Shown here: piece by piece, positions 20,801 to 30,082 of the stretch
Position numbering within the stretch: the first letter of the stretch is position 1
Layout of the letters: each line of letters starts with the position of its first letter
Source of the DNA: Candidatus Eiseniibacteriota bacterium
Lineage (GTDB): Bacteria; Eisenbacteria; RBG-16-71-46; DASYSL01
Direction: 5' to 3'
Assembly: GCA_031431875.1 (NCBI GenBank)
Contig: JANPEF010000147.1
Span: 1-56,219 of the forward strand
Length of the DNA stretch: 56,219 bases
The notes under the pieces: generated by a model
Databases searched by the model: none
Told to the model about the DNA's origin: nothing
What the model saw: only the letters and a program-made list of their open reading frames with translations
Translations under genes and position numbers: made by a program

Positions 20801-21452
20801 CCAGGAACTTCGCGCGATCGCTCTCGAACTCGACGGCACGATCCTCGAGCACCGCCAGTCCCATCCACGGGAACTTCTCGCCCGCGCCGCGTGGGCGGCG
20901 CCGCGCCAGCAGCGCGCCGTCGGCCGCCGACCACTCGGTCTGGACGAACAAGCGCGAGAACGCCGGATGCGACGCGTCGGCGGCGCGATCGTGTAGCACG
21001 ACCTCGAGCGCCACGGCAATCTCGATCGTGCGCGCGGCCGGGCCGTCGTGCGACAGCGTGATGCGGCGGATCTCGAGCGGCAGCGTGGGGTGCACGGCGA
21101 CCGCCAGGCGCGCTTCGATCTCGTGCTCCACCCGCGAGAACTCGACCGCACCCGGTCCGAAGCGCGCGCGCACGGCGCCGGTACGCGGCGCGCACGGCGC
21201 GGCCGCGACCGACCACAGCGCATCGCGTTCGCGGTCGACGAGCCAGACGAGGAAGCCGTCGCCGTCGACGATCGGGTCGCCGGCCCAGCGTGTCAGTGCA
21301 TGGGCGCCGAACGTCGACAGCCCCGTCCCGCCCGCGGTGACGAGCGTGGAGTACCCCCCGTTCGACAACAGCGCGGCGACCGGTGGCGCGGGGCGCCGAA
21401 GCAACGAGGCCGCGCCGGCGAGGGCAGGGACAGGCTCAGGGACAACGCTCAT
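17862..21452 (-). CDS. GH94 glycoside phosphorylase resembling the C-terminal region of cyclic beta-1,2-glucan synthase
   Basis: LLSNGGY, PPQPWINVIA, QSGGAYGFRDQLQD, GDWNDGMNRVG, ENGGQYTHAA, GRGGWTWYTGSAGW; no signal peptide. Confidence 0.88.
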   Translation of the reverse strand: MSVVPEPVPALAGAASLLRRPAPPVAALLSNGGYSTLVTAGGTGLSTFGAHALTRWAGDPIVDGDGFLVWLVDRERDALWSVAAAPCAPRTGAVRARFGPGAVEFSRVEHEIEARLAVAVHPTLPLEIRRITLSHDGPAARTIEIAVALEVVLHDRAADASHPAFSRLFVQTEWSAADGALLARRRPRGAGEKFPWMGLAVLEDRAVEFESDRAKFLGRVPDRTRPRALASAAPWSSTVGNVLDPVLALRVTRTVKAGAPVTLTFALVAGEDRAAVLAALARARGEGGASILSGARSRGNARRDEVAGLGAIGFAGEAAPVDGVVEIAAAPVLADESSVSPSANHDRDRTAAAALEAAFAAEPLEFWNGSGGFASAGREYVVRFGGGLAATRPPQPWINVIASEDFGGLVSETGAGATWSVNSRERRLSPWSNDALLDPPGEALWLRDDIDGAIASPLPGPVGPLAPGATGDPCEARHGFGVTRFRRTALGLSCNAEVFVPRHDPVKIVRVTVTNPGGAARHLVLASYQQLVLGGLPTHATGGVVTEAASDGTALYARRPGDALYGGRVAFTALIGEAGASANAFTCDRAAFLGGPGEGLAAPRGLTDPAGFDGRTGDDLDPCFAQAVGFMLAPGASATWTIVFGDAFDRAAADALLAHYRTPGATEAALAAMTTFWETLVGAVQVTTPAPALDRMINGWALYQTIACRLWGRTAFAQSGGAYGFRDQLQDSSALLHSDPAMFRAQIVRNARHQFETGDVLHWWHPPDARGLRTRFADDLLWLPWLAATYVAATGDATVLDEVAPFVVARELEPGEQEVFLAPTISTASASVYEHCLRAIERSLTVGNGAHGLPLFGCGDWNDGMNRVGHDGKGESTWMAMFLHAVLTDFTPLVRARGDLARAERYDLERVRLVAALESAGWDGAWYRRGYYDDGTPLGTAQGDECRIDALAQAWATIADTAPAPRAESALDAVEEHLISDEAGIIRLLDPPFENTPNDPGYIKGYVRGVRENGGQYTHAALWVVRAFAERGRRDRAAHLLELLSPVSHSQTPAQVATYQVEPYVVAADVYGAEPHVGRGGWTWYTGSAGWLLRVALESVLGVTIDGGDTLVVKPCIPDDWPGYTVRRRLPDGTTYVIDVRGGLTAAGSGKSAASEIVSRAAVDGSPTRIVDGAARIPLARDGREHAVTIQLGPRA

Positions 21453-23086
21453 CGCACCTTCACGAGGCGAGCCACGGTCGAGGACTCGCCCATCGTGAGC
21501 CGCAGGTGATAGAACCCGGGAGCCAGGCGCGAGCCGTCGACCGGCAGTGCCTGTTCCCCGGCAGCACGGACCTCGTCGCCCAGGTGCGCGACGATGCGAC
21601 CCCGCGCATCGATCAGGTCGGCGCGCACGCGACCGGCGGCGGCGAGGCGGAAGCGCACGACGGTGCGATCGCGGAACGGCGTCGGCTCGACCGCGCGCAG
21701 CATGATCGCCGGGGCGCCCACGCCGACCGCATCATCGCCTACGTCGGTCGTGATCGGCGTGAAGCCCGCTCGCGCGAGGCCGTTCGCAAGATCCGGATCA
21801 TTGCTGAGACGCCGCCACACGGCCTCGCTACGGTAGTTCTCGATCATGAGCACGATCGGGCCCTGGTCGATGCCCAGGACGTCCTGGCCGGTCCAGCCGA
21901 CCGTGGGATTGAACGCGTCGGTGAATCCGTACGGACCCCACAGCGAACCGCGCCAGTTGTCCCACAGGTTATGCATCAGCGGCACCACGACCTCGGGCGC
22001 GAACGGTAGCGACGAGATGCCCGCAGTCGGCGTGATCGTGCCATTCTCGCTCCAGGCCGGCGGCGCACCGTGCGCCGCGTAGCCGGAAGGATCGTCCGAG
22101 GCAGTGAGTCCCCACAGGCTGTCCGAGTACGCTTCCCAGCCCAGCGGGTTGTCGATGCAGTAGGCTCGTTGCGCGAGCGTGGCGCGCCGCGAGTTCTCGA
22201 AGTATGTGATGCCGCGGAATTGCATGTAGCCGTCCTGGATGCCGCGGAAATCCAGCCAGCAGTGCGAGTACTGGTGCCCGAACAGCGGCGGGAAGACGAC
22301 GTAGCTCTGGCCGTAATGCGTCTGCCAAGAGTAACCGTTGAGCCACGTGCCCCACAGCATCGGGATCGGATGGGTCGGCGACCCGAGCGCCATGATATAG
22401 AGGATCATGGCCTCGTTGTAGCCGACCCAGTGGCCGTACCCGCCGAACCCGGTGCCGGGCTTCCATCCCATGTAGATTCCGGCTGTGAGGTTTCGCGTGA
22501 AGTTCCAGTCGCAGCGCCGCCAGATCGAATCGGCCAGCGCGCGGATCTGGACCTCCTCCGGATGGAGTCCGCTGAAGTACTGCTTCGTGTCGAGGATGCC
22601 GGCCATGAGTAGCGCGGTGTCGATCGTCGACAGCTCCGAGTTCCACGTGCGCCTGGCCGTATTCATGTCGAGCCAGTGATAGAACAGGCCCTTGTAGCCG
22701 ATCATGCCGTCGACGGCCGTGCCCTGCGGCCCGCTCCAGAACGTGTCGAGCGTGGTGAGCACGCGCGAGCGCACGGCCGCGCGATCGAGCCAGCCGCGGT
22801 CGACGCCGATGCACAGCGCCGACAGGCCGAAGCCGGTCGAGGCGATGCTGCTCACGGAGCCCGGTGTGTCGCGGTCCTTGATCAGCCCGTTGGCCGGATT
22901 CGCCTCGTTCCAGAAGTAGAGGACGCCCGCGTGCTGCACGGTGTCGAGCAGCGCCTCGGTCGTGAGCGCGTGCGCGGGCCGGGCCGCGGGCAGAGCGAGA
23001 GCGCCGAGAACGGCGATGGCGACGACGGCGAGTGCGAGCCCGCGCCGGAGCACGGACGGCGGATGGATGCTGGATGCGTGGCCCAT
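21449..23086 (-). CDS. Secreted GH144-like (PF10091) glucanase with C-terminal T9SS/FlgD-like domain
   Basis: GGAGG RBS before the ATG at 23086; SSIASTGFGL, ELSTIDTALL, GYNEAMILY, PLFGHQYS, LGIDQGP; tail EPTPF...IDARGR...PGFYHLRL. Confidence 0.85.
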   Translation of the reverse strand: MGHASSIHPPSVLRRGLALAVVAIAVLGALALPAARPAHALTTEALLDTVQHAGVLYFWNEANPANGLIKDRDTPGSVSSIASTGFGLSALCIGVDRGWLDRAAVRSRVLTTLDTFWSGPQGTAVDGMIGYKGLFYHWLDMNTARRTWNSELSTIDTALLMAGILDTKQYFSGLHPEEVQIRALADSIWRRCDWNFTRNLTAGIYMGWKPGTGFGGYGHWVGYNEAMILYIMALGSPTHPIPMLWGTWLNGYSWQTHYGQSYVVFPPLFGHQYSHCWLDFRGIQDGYMQFRGITYFENSRRATLAQRAYCIDNPLGWEAYSDSLWGLTASDDPSGYAAHGAPPAWSENGTITPTAGISSLPFAPEVVVPLMHNLWDNWRGSLWGPYGFTDAFNPTVGWTGQDVLGIDQGPIVLMIENYRSEAVWRRLSNDPDLANGLARAGFTPITTDVGDDAVGVGAPAIMLRAVEPTPFRDRTVVRFRLAAAGRVRADLIDARGRIVAHLGDEVRAAGEQALPVDGSRLAPGFYHLRLTMGESSTVARLVKVR

Positions 23087-23109
23087 GGATGGATCCTCCG
23101 TCGTCACGA

Positions 23110-24147
23110 TCAGAACTCGATGCCCAGTGTCATGCGGTGCGCCACCTCGAGACGGCCCATGTCGGCATAGGCGTAGTCGAAGCGGAACCCCAGCGCGTCG
23201 TTCAGGTCCCCGCGGACGCCGGCGCCCAGCGTGAGGCCACCCTCGGCGTCCTGCTTGAACAGGTTCTGCCAGCCGGCGCGAAACGCGAACAGCGCCTTGT
23301 ACGCGTACTCCCCGCCCAGGTTCAGGCTCTCGCTATTATCGCTCGGGTGGAGCGCGTCGAGCGCAAAGCGCAGGCGGTTCCGCGGATCGATCCGCACCGG
23401 CAGGCTGACGCCGAAGCGCATCAGCACCGGGACGGAGTGCGATTCGGTGAAGATCTCGGCGGGCAGCGCCGGATTGTCTCCATTCACATCCGGATCCTGG
23501 TCGTAGGTCACGCGCAGGTCACGCCCGGAGAACTTGCCGCCGACCCCCAGGTTCGAGAGGCTCGCGCCCAGCTCGAGCCCGCCCTCGCTCACGCGGTAGA
23601 GCGTGCCGAGGTGGAACACGGCGGTCGAGAGCGTGCTGTTCCAGATCCGTTCCTGCAGCCATGAAGCTTGCACGCCAATCGTGAAGCGGTCGGTGATCGG
23701 CCGGCCCCAACCGATTCCGACGGCGAGGTCCGTCACGTTGAAGCGTTCGCCCGTACCCAGGGGCTGGCTCACGGTTCGAACTTCGATGTCGCCCGAGCCG
23801 AGCTGCGTGACGCTGCCAACCAGCGCGCCGGCTCCCCCCAGCGGAAATGCCGCGACGACATGGTTGTAGTCGATCCCGGCGATCCACTCGGCGTGCGACA
23901 GCCCGACCCCGCTCTCGCTGATGCGCCCGATCGCCGCCGGGTTGTAGTACGTCGCGTCGAGGCCGAGGCCGAGCGACACGCCGGCGTTACCCATGGCGAC
24001 GATACGGGCGCTCGGCTCGATGAGGAGGAACGTGCCGACCGTCGTGCCGGTCTTGCTCTGCGCGCCGGCGTCGCCGGCCGACAGCAGGCTGGTACCGACG
24101 AGCAGCCCGACGACGGCCGCCAGCCGATTCCCGGGACGCCTGATCAC
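23110..24147 (-). CDS. PorV/PorQ-family outer-membrane beta-barrel protein
   Basis: KTGTT..TFLLIEPSARIVAMGNA, YYNPAAI, SHAEWIAG, RFDYAY; C-terminal Phe. Confidence 0.8.
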   Translation of the reverse strand: MIRRPGNRLAAVVGLLVGTSLLSAGDAGAQSKTGTTVGTFLLIEPSARIVAMGNAGVSLGLGLDATYYNPAAIGRISESGVGLSHAEWIAGIDYNHVVAAFPLGGAGALVGSVTQLGSGDIEVRTVSQPLGTGERFNVTDLAVGIGWGRPITDRFTIGVQASWLQERIWNSTLSTAVFHLGTLYRVSEGGLELGASLSNLGVGGKFSGRDLRVTYDQDPDVNGDNPALPAEIFTESHSVPVLMRFGVSLPVRIDPRNRLRFALDALHPSDNSESLNLGGEYAYKALFAFRAGWQNLFKQDAEGGLTLGAGVRGDLNDALGFRFDYAYADMGRLEVAHRMTLGIEF

Positions 24148-27100
24148 TTGATGACCGCGAACTTGCCGATGGCCGGTTCGGTGCCGGGAGCTTCCACCTG
24201 GAAGACGTACAGACCCGGGGCGCAGTCGAGATTGTCCTTCGTGCGCAGATCCCAGGCGACGTAGCCATCGAGCGAACCGTCGTGCCGCAACGTCTGGACG
24301 AGTTCACCCCGTACCGTGTAGATGCGAACCACCGCACTGCGCGGCACGGCGCGAAACTCGAGGCGTCGCACGCCGCGCCCCGAGGTGGCGAAGCGCGCCG
24401 GCTCGAACGAGGCCGCACCGACGTACGGATTGGGCACGACGTACGGGGCATTCGTCACCGCGACGGCACCCGCGGCGCCCACCTTCTCGCCCGCGGTCGT
24501 GAACGTGAACACGTCACTCGGCGTGATCGGCAGGGTGATTCGCGCCGTGAACGTGTCGCCGAGTCCGGGCGAGCGGAGCGGCCCCACCGCCGTGGTGTCG
24601 AGCTCGACACGCCATGTTTGTTGGGGTGTCGTCGGGGTTGCGGGCAAGTAGTTCACGATGTCGATGCGTTCATCGAGCCGGGACAGCGTGCCGTTCGCGT
24701 CGATATCACGGAAGACGAAGTCGAGCTTGCGCTCTCCCGTCGGCTCGAGCGCGAACACCTCGAAGCGTGCGGGTCGCGCCGGGGCGGGAAAGACCGCGAG
24801 CCCGGTGTCCTTCACGACATCGGAGAAGCGGATCTCGAAGTCAACGGGATAGCCCGGCCGGCGCAGGTTTGCATCGAGCACGGGAAGGTACGTAACCTTG
24901 AGTCCCGGATTGGTTGGCGGGCCCGGCGCGAAGCCCGAGTTCGCCGCGTCGAATCGCACGACCGAATCGGCGGCGACGATGGGCAGGAGCCCCGCGGCGA
25001 CCGGCCCGATGCCTGCGCCCGCAAAGTCGCGGCCGGTCGCGAACAGGGTGTCGGCCGCGGAACTGTCCACCAGCGAGTACGTCTCGGCGCGAATGCTGTC
25101 GGGAGATGAGTTGGCGAAGATCACCTTGAAGAGGTGGCCATCGGGCACGAGCGCCGAGTTCACGACATCGACCACGACGTCGCCACGACCGACCCCCACC
25201 GTGTGGGTCGCGCTCGTCACATCGGCGCGTACATAGCCCGGGACCCTCGGGTTCGGCCGGACGCGCACGGCGTTCTTCGGCAAGTTGACGCCGCCACGCG
25301 ACGTGCGCGAGACGGTGATCGCGTTCTCCGACGGATAGAAGGCGAGCGAGTCCGGGCCTGGCTCATACCCGTAGTCATACGCCGTGACCCCGTAGTAGTA
25401 CTCCTGCCCGTTGGTCACCGTGGTGTCGGTCCACGTATGTGTGATTCCGGTCTCGTCGCCCACCCAGTACGACACCCCGTCGACCGTACGCTGCGAGTAG
25501 CCGCGCCGGTCATCGATCAGGTCGAACTGGGCGATCGGCCGGCCGTTGCCCGACAAGGTGCCCGAACCCGTGCCGGTCGAAATCACCTGGGGATCGAGGA
25601 AATCCGGCTCGGTCGAGCGGTAGATCCGATAGCCCTCGAAATCGTTCACGTTGCTCACCGGGTCGATACCGCGCTCGGCCACATCGTCCCACGACAGCCG
25701 CACGAAACCGTCCGCTGCCTCGGCCGTCAGCGTGGGCATCGGCGGGGGCACGGCGAACTGGTAGTTCGCGTCGTAGATCTGCTGCACGGTCAGCACGTTC
25801 GTGCGCAGGTCCCCGAGCGTGGCACCAAAGGCGAGCGCCAGACTGAAGCGCTCGGTCTGCCCGGCCTTGAGCGGGAACGGTCCCGAGGCAAACAGGAATC
25901 CGATGTTGTAGTTCGAGGCCACCGGCGGGTCGAAGCGCGCCTGCGGATCCGGGTTGGTGAACTGGGTGTACAGCTTCTCCGGCCAGTCCTGGGATTCGGT
26001 GAAGAACAGAATGTTGTCGAAGGACGGATCCGGATTACCGGCCCCGGCCTTGATGCGGTTCATCTTGAAGCCGGTGAGCCCGATCTGGTCGCTCTCATTG
26101 AGGTCCGTGCCATCGAAGTTCGGTTCGCCCGCGCTTGGCTGGCCATCGCCTTCGCCGGTGTCGCCGGTTCCGGCCACTCCGTCGCCGCCCACGTCGTGGA
26201 ACTCGGCGGTCCAGTCGAGGTCCTCGTCGCCGGTCCACCAGCGGCCAGCGCGATAGGCGGGGCGACCCTCGAGCGGCCCGTACGCGGCCTCGAACTTCGC
26301 CAGGTCGTAGCGGAAGGCCACCTCGGCGCGAATCGCCTCAGTCCCGTCGACGGGGGAGCCCTCCCCCGAGTCGCGTCGCTCGCGAATCATGCCATCATCG
26401 TCGTCGTCGATCTCGTTGAACGGATTTCCCGGCGTCTCGAGGTAGGCGTAGCCGAGGTAGCCGGTCTTCCCGCAGTTGCCCGACAGGTCACGGCCGTGTC
26501 CGAAGCGGTCGAACGTGTAGACCAGATTGAGTCGCGATGACAGGTCGAAGGACGCATTGTCGTCGTCGGACTCGAAGATGCCGTCACAGGACAGGGCCGA
26601 GCCGCCAACGCCCGCATCCATGTAGAGGCCGAAGATGATGTCTTCGTAGTCCGTGGTCGACTCGTTGGTGATGTCGTAGTGCCAGAAGATGACATTTCCG
26701 GCCTGCGGGTTCGCCCACTGGAAGCCCCGGACCGCGACCCGAAGCCCCAGCCCGCGCCGCGTCGTGTCGCGAGTGTCGGGGAAGTAGTCCCACCCGTCAT
26801 AGTACTGGTCATCCATGACGGTGAAGCTCTCCTGATCGGCTGCGGGGCGCTTGCCGAAGTAGCCGTTCCAGCTTCCCGGCCAGCCGGGATCGTCCGGATC
26901 GAGCCGCTTGTCGGGCCACTTTCGGGGCCACGTCTTCGCGTCGGTGCTGATGGCCGGCGAGCGGTCGATGTTGACGCTCGAGCTGTCCTGGAAGTAGCCC
27001 GGCCGCGGCTCGAAGCGCATGGTCAACCCGGTGTTGGGGCTGATTCCCTGCCGCTCGCGGAATCCCGTTTCCATGATGTAGGCCTCGAGCTTGTTGCGCT

Positions 27101-27404
27101 GCGTGATCTTGGTCAACACGAACGGTGTGATCCCGTCGCCGTAGTTCATGCCGCTGCCCTTCGGCACTTCGACCGAGTGGAAGGTCGACAGGTCCACGCC
27201 CTGCGGATCGGCCGGGTAGTCGCCGACCATGCCGAAGTTCGTGAACGAGGTGCGAATGCGGGCCGCGTCATGCGTGCCCTTGCGCTCGGCGTCGACGGTG
27301 CCGCGCTTGTCCGCGGAATCCGGGAGCGGCACCTGCGCACCGGCCCGCGCGGGGAGGAGGGCGAGCAGCAGGGCTGCGATCGCAAGGGCGCGGGGGGCAC
27401 TCAC
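24144..27404 (-). CDS. Large secreted hypothetical protein (1086 aa) with acidic repeats, an FN3-like segment and a C-terminal CTD-like domain
   Basis: GTG start with GGAGG RBS overlapping the TBDR stop; signal peptide; VRLSWDD..FEGYRIYRS..NGQEYYYGVTAYD; tail VVPNPY...IYTVRGELV...WDLRT...GLYVF...GKFAVIK. Confidence 0.85.
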   Translation of the reverse strand: MSAPRALAIAALLLALLPARAGAQVPLPDSADKRGTVDAERKGTHDAARIRTSFTNFGMVGDYPADPQGVDLSTFHSVEVPKGSGMNYGDGITPFVLTKITQRNKLEAYIMETGFRERQGISPNTGLTMRFEPRPGYFQDSSSVNIDRSPAISTDAKTWPRKWPDKRLDPDDPGWPGSWNGYFGKRPAADQESFTVMDDQYYDGWDYFPDTRDTTRRGLGLRVAVRGFQWANPQAGNVIFWHYDITNESTTDYEDIIFGLYMDAGVGGSALSCDGIFESDDDNASFDLSSRLNLVYTFDRFGHGRDLSGNCGKTGYLGYAYLETPGNPFNEIDDDDDGMIRERRDSGEGSPVDGTEAIRAEVAFRYDLAKFEAAYGPLEGRPAYRAGRWWTGDEDLDWTAEFHDVGGDGVAGTGDTGEGDGQPSAGEPNFDGTDLNESDQIGLTGFKMNRIKAGAGNPDPSFDNILFFTESQDWPEKLYTQFTNPDPQARFDPPVASNYNIGFLFASGPFPLKAGQTERFSLALAFGATLGDLRTNVLTVQQIYDANYQFAVPPPMPTLTAEAADGFVRLSWDDVAERGIDPVSNVNDFEGYRIYRSTEPDFLDPQVISTGTGSGTLSGNGRPIAQFDLIDDRRGYSQRTVDGVSYWVGDETGITHTWTDTTVTNGQEYYYGVTAYDYGYEPGPDSLAFYPSENAITVSRTSRGGVNLPKNAVRVRPNPRVPGYVRADVTSATHTVGVGRGDVVVDVVNSALVPDGHLFKVIFANSSPDSIRAETYSLVDSSAADTLFATGRDFAGAGIGPVAAGLLPIVAADSVVRFDAANSGFAPGPPTNPGLKVTYLPVLDANLRRPGYPVDFEIRFSDVVKDTGLAVFPAPARPARFEVFALEPTGERKLDFVFRDIDANGTLSRLDERIDIVNYLPATPTTPQQTWRVELDTTAVGPLRSPGLGDTFTARITLPITPSDVFTFTTAGEKVGAAGAVAVTNAPYVVPNPYVGAASFEPARFATSGRGVRRLEFRAVPRSAVVRIYTVRGELVQTLRHDGSLDGYVAWDLRTKDNLDCAPGLYVFQVEAPGTEPAIGKFAVIK

Positions 27405-30082
27405 GGCTTGCCTCCGCCGCTCCACGGCCCGGCAAGGCTCAGTCCGAACTCGATGCGACGCGACGAGTAGAACAGGCTCGGATTGCTCAAGGCGAACTGG
27501 TCTCCTGCGGGGTTGAGCGAGTAGTAAGGGCTACCGGTCGTGGCGAACACCGCCCCGTTGAAGTAGCGCGTGTCGAACAGGTTGAAGATGCGCAGGAACG
27601 CGCGGAACGGCGCCCCGCCCGCCCGCAGCGTCTTCTCACCCCGGAGATCGACGACGGCGCCGGCGGGTTTCCGACCCGAGTTCGCCTCCTGCCCGTAGCC
27701 GAAGCCGCCGACCACGTTCGGAGTGTACGGCTGGCCGCTGCCGATGCGCACGATCGTCGAGGCTGCGAAGTCGTCGGGACGCGCCAGGTTCGCGGTCAGG
27801 TTGAGGGTGTGGCGCTGATCCCAGTTGAGCGGGATGCTGCGCGGCCGCGGATCCTCGCCCGCCGCCGCACGGGTGGCGGTCTCGCGCGGATCGCTCGAGT
27901 TGCCGCTCGCCTCCTGCCAGGTGTAGTCGAGCGTCATGCCGAACAGTCCGCGCGGCCGCAGGTCAAAGGCCACCGTGAAGCCCAGCACGCTGCCGAAATC
28001 GATATTGGTCAGTCGCGCGTACTCCGCGCTGCTGTAGGTCTCGATGAACTCGACGCCGAGCAGGTCGCGGATGTCCTTGTAGAACACCGTGAGGTCCACG
28101 CCAAGGTCCTCGCTCACCGCCTGCTTGTATCCGCCCTCGTACTGGATCGTCAGTTCCGGTCCGACGTCGGGGTTGCCGAGCACGCCGACCTTCGCCGAGC
28201 CCTCGGGCGTCGCCTGCAATCCGCTCAGGATCGAGTAGTCTGCGTTTGCAAAAATCTCGCCGATCGGCGGGAACTGGGCGAAGTGCCCGTACGCGAAGTG
28301 CGCCGCTGCGCGCGGGCCGGTCGGCCACGACACGCCGATGCGCGGCGACAGGATCCACTTCGGCGTCGTGGGGCGCGGCGGCGCGGTCGGGCTGCCGGAG
28401 ATGTCGTTCGTCGGATTCGACAGGTCGCCCGGCACCGTCGACCGGGCATCGAACAGGTCGAGCCGGAGCCCGGTACGGGCCGTGAGGTCGTTCCATTCGA
28501 GCTGATTCTGCGCGAACGTCGAAGCGATCACGGGAAAGTAGAGCGCAGGCGCATAGAGGCGCTTCTCAGGATCCTCGCTCACGCGCACGAGCTGCTCCTC
28601 CCCGTCGACCACCGGATAGGTGAGGTAGCCGAGGGTCCCGAACTCGACGCGCGGCAACTGCAGCTCGAGCCCGGCCTTGAACTGGTTCGTCGCCGAGGCC
28701 TGGCGCACGTAGGAGCCCTTGAGCATGAACGTGTTCGTGTTCTGGTGGAATCGCGCCGCACTGACCCCGGCGTAGGCAATTCCATCCACGAGCTCGAGTT
28801 TGCCCGCGGAGTCGTAGCCCGAATCGTAGAAGTCCTCGAAGGTTCGATCAATGTAATCGAAGTAATTCTGGCGCACACTCAGGTTGTAGAACGACTTCGC
28901 GTTCAGCACGTGGTTGACGTCGAGGCCGTGCACGATCGAGAACGTGTGCTGCTTCGAACGGCCGTCGGGCATGATGGAGAATGACCAGTCCGCACTCTGC
29001 GCGTCGATCTCGTTGACGATCGCCTGGTAGCTGAACTCGACGTTCTTCAGGGAGCGGTTCGACACCTTCGCCACGCCCGACCGCTCGCGCGATGTGCCGA
29101 GCGATACTTCGGCGCCACTGCCCGTGGTCTCGCTGACCGCGGTGACGCGGTTGTAGTCGGTCGGCTCGAACAGGTCGATGCCGCGCACCCAGTCGTCGAA
29201 CCCGGCGGCGCGCGCACTCAGCAGGAAGAGCGTCTGCGGCAGCGGCGTCGGCCCCGTGAGGCCGAGCTGGAGACTGCGCGAATCGAACGGCCGAAACTCG
29301 TATTCGGCGACCCGGCGCTCGGGACCGGTGGGGAAGACGAATCCGCCGCCGTAGGCCTCGGCATTCCACGCGAACTTCTGACTCCCCCGCTTGAGGACGG
29401 CGTTGACGACGCCGCTCTGGGCCTGGCCGTACTCGGCGTCGAAGGTGCCACTGATGACCTGCACTTCCTCCAGTAACGAGCGGTCGAGGCGCAGCGTCGA
29501 CTTGTTGTCGTACGCATTGTTCACCGAGACTCCGTCGACCTGGTACTGCACCTCGCCGATGCGCCCGCCGCGGAAGTGCCCGTCGACGACGCCGGCCTGG
29601 AGGTTCACGACGTCGTCCAGACTCTGCACCGGAAGCATCGCAATCTCGGCCGACGACACGCTGACCAGCGAGCTGGTCTTCCCGACGTCGACGACCGCCC
29701 GCGTTGAACGGACGACGACCTCCTTCATCTCGAGCGCTGCCTCGACGAGCAGCACATCGAGGCGCGTCGTCAGGTCGGACGACACGGCGACGCCGGTCAT
29801 CATGACCGGCCCGAAGCCCAGCAGCGCAAAGCGCACGTCGTACGATCCCGGGGGCAGGTTGAGGATCGAGTAGCGGCCCTCGTCATCGGTCACCGCCCCG
29901 GTCCGGGCCGCGGGCACGGCGACGTTCACGCCGACGAGCGGACGCTTCTGCGCGTCGAGCACGCGACCGGCGATCTTGCCCGTCGTGCCCGCCCACGCGT
30001 CGCGCGCGCCCACGCTGCCGCCGGCCGCCCCCACGAACGTGAGGACGGCGGCGAGCGCGATGTTAGTGAGCCGTCGGATCAC
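27401..30082 (-). CDS. TonB-dependent receptor with N-terminal carboxypeptidase-regulatory-like domain
   Basis: GTTGKIAGRV, plug HFRGGR..EVQYQVDG, ISGTFDAEYGQAQSGVVN; barrel motifs SPRIGVSWP, FYKDIRDL, WDQRHT. Confidence 0.9.
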   Translation of the reverse strand: MIRRLTNIALAAVLTFVGAAGGSVGARDAWAGTTGKIAGRVLDAQKRPLVGVNVAVPAARTGAVTDDEGRYSILNLPPGSYDVRFALLGFGPVMMTGVAVSSDLTTRLDVLLVEAALEMKEVVVRSTRAVVDVGKTSSLVSVSSAEIAMLPVQSLDDVVNLQAGVVDGHFRGGRIGEVQYQVDGVSVNNAYDNKSTLRLDRSLLEEVQVISGTFDAEYGQAQSGVVNAVLKRGSQKFAWNAEAYGGGFVFPTGPERRVAEYEFRPFDSRSLQLGLTGPTPLPQTLFLLSARAAGFDDWVRGIDLFEPTDYNRVTAVSETTGSGAEVSLGTSRERSGVAKVSNRSLKNVEFSYQAIVNEIDAQSADWSFSIMPDGRSKQHTFSIVHGLDVNHVLNAKSFYNLSVRQNYFDYIDRTFEDFYDSGYDSAGKLELVDGIAYAGVSAARFHQNTNTFMLKGSYVRQASATNQFKAGLELQLPRVEFGTLGYLTYPVVDGEEQLVRVSEDPEKRLYAPALYFPVIASTFAQNQLEWNDLTARTGLRLDLFDARSTVPGDLSNPTNDISGSPTAPPRPTTPKWILSPRIGVSWPTGPRAAAHFAYGHFAQFPPIGEIFANADYSILSGLQATPEGSAKVGVLGNPDVGPELTIQYEGGYKQAVSEDLGVDLTVFYKDIRDLLGVEFIETYSSAEYARLTNIDFGSVLGFTVAFDLRPRGLFGMTLDYTWQEASGNSSDPRETATRAAAGEDPRPRSIPLNWDQRHTLNLTANLARPDDFAASTIVRIGSGQPYTPNVVGGFGYGQEANSGRKPAGAVVDLRGEKTLRAGGAPFRAFLRIFNLFDTRYFNGAVFATTGSPYYSLNPAGDQFALSNPSLFYSSRRIEFGLSLAGPWSGGGKP

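Noticed and set aside
17538..20996. Very long plus-strand ORFs (1152 aa here; also 10409-13423, 34425-37226, 40682-42745, 49955-51988)
   Set aside because: Arg/Ala/Gly-rich antisense shadows of well-supported minus-strand genes, as expected at this GC content.
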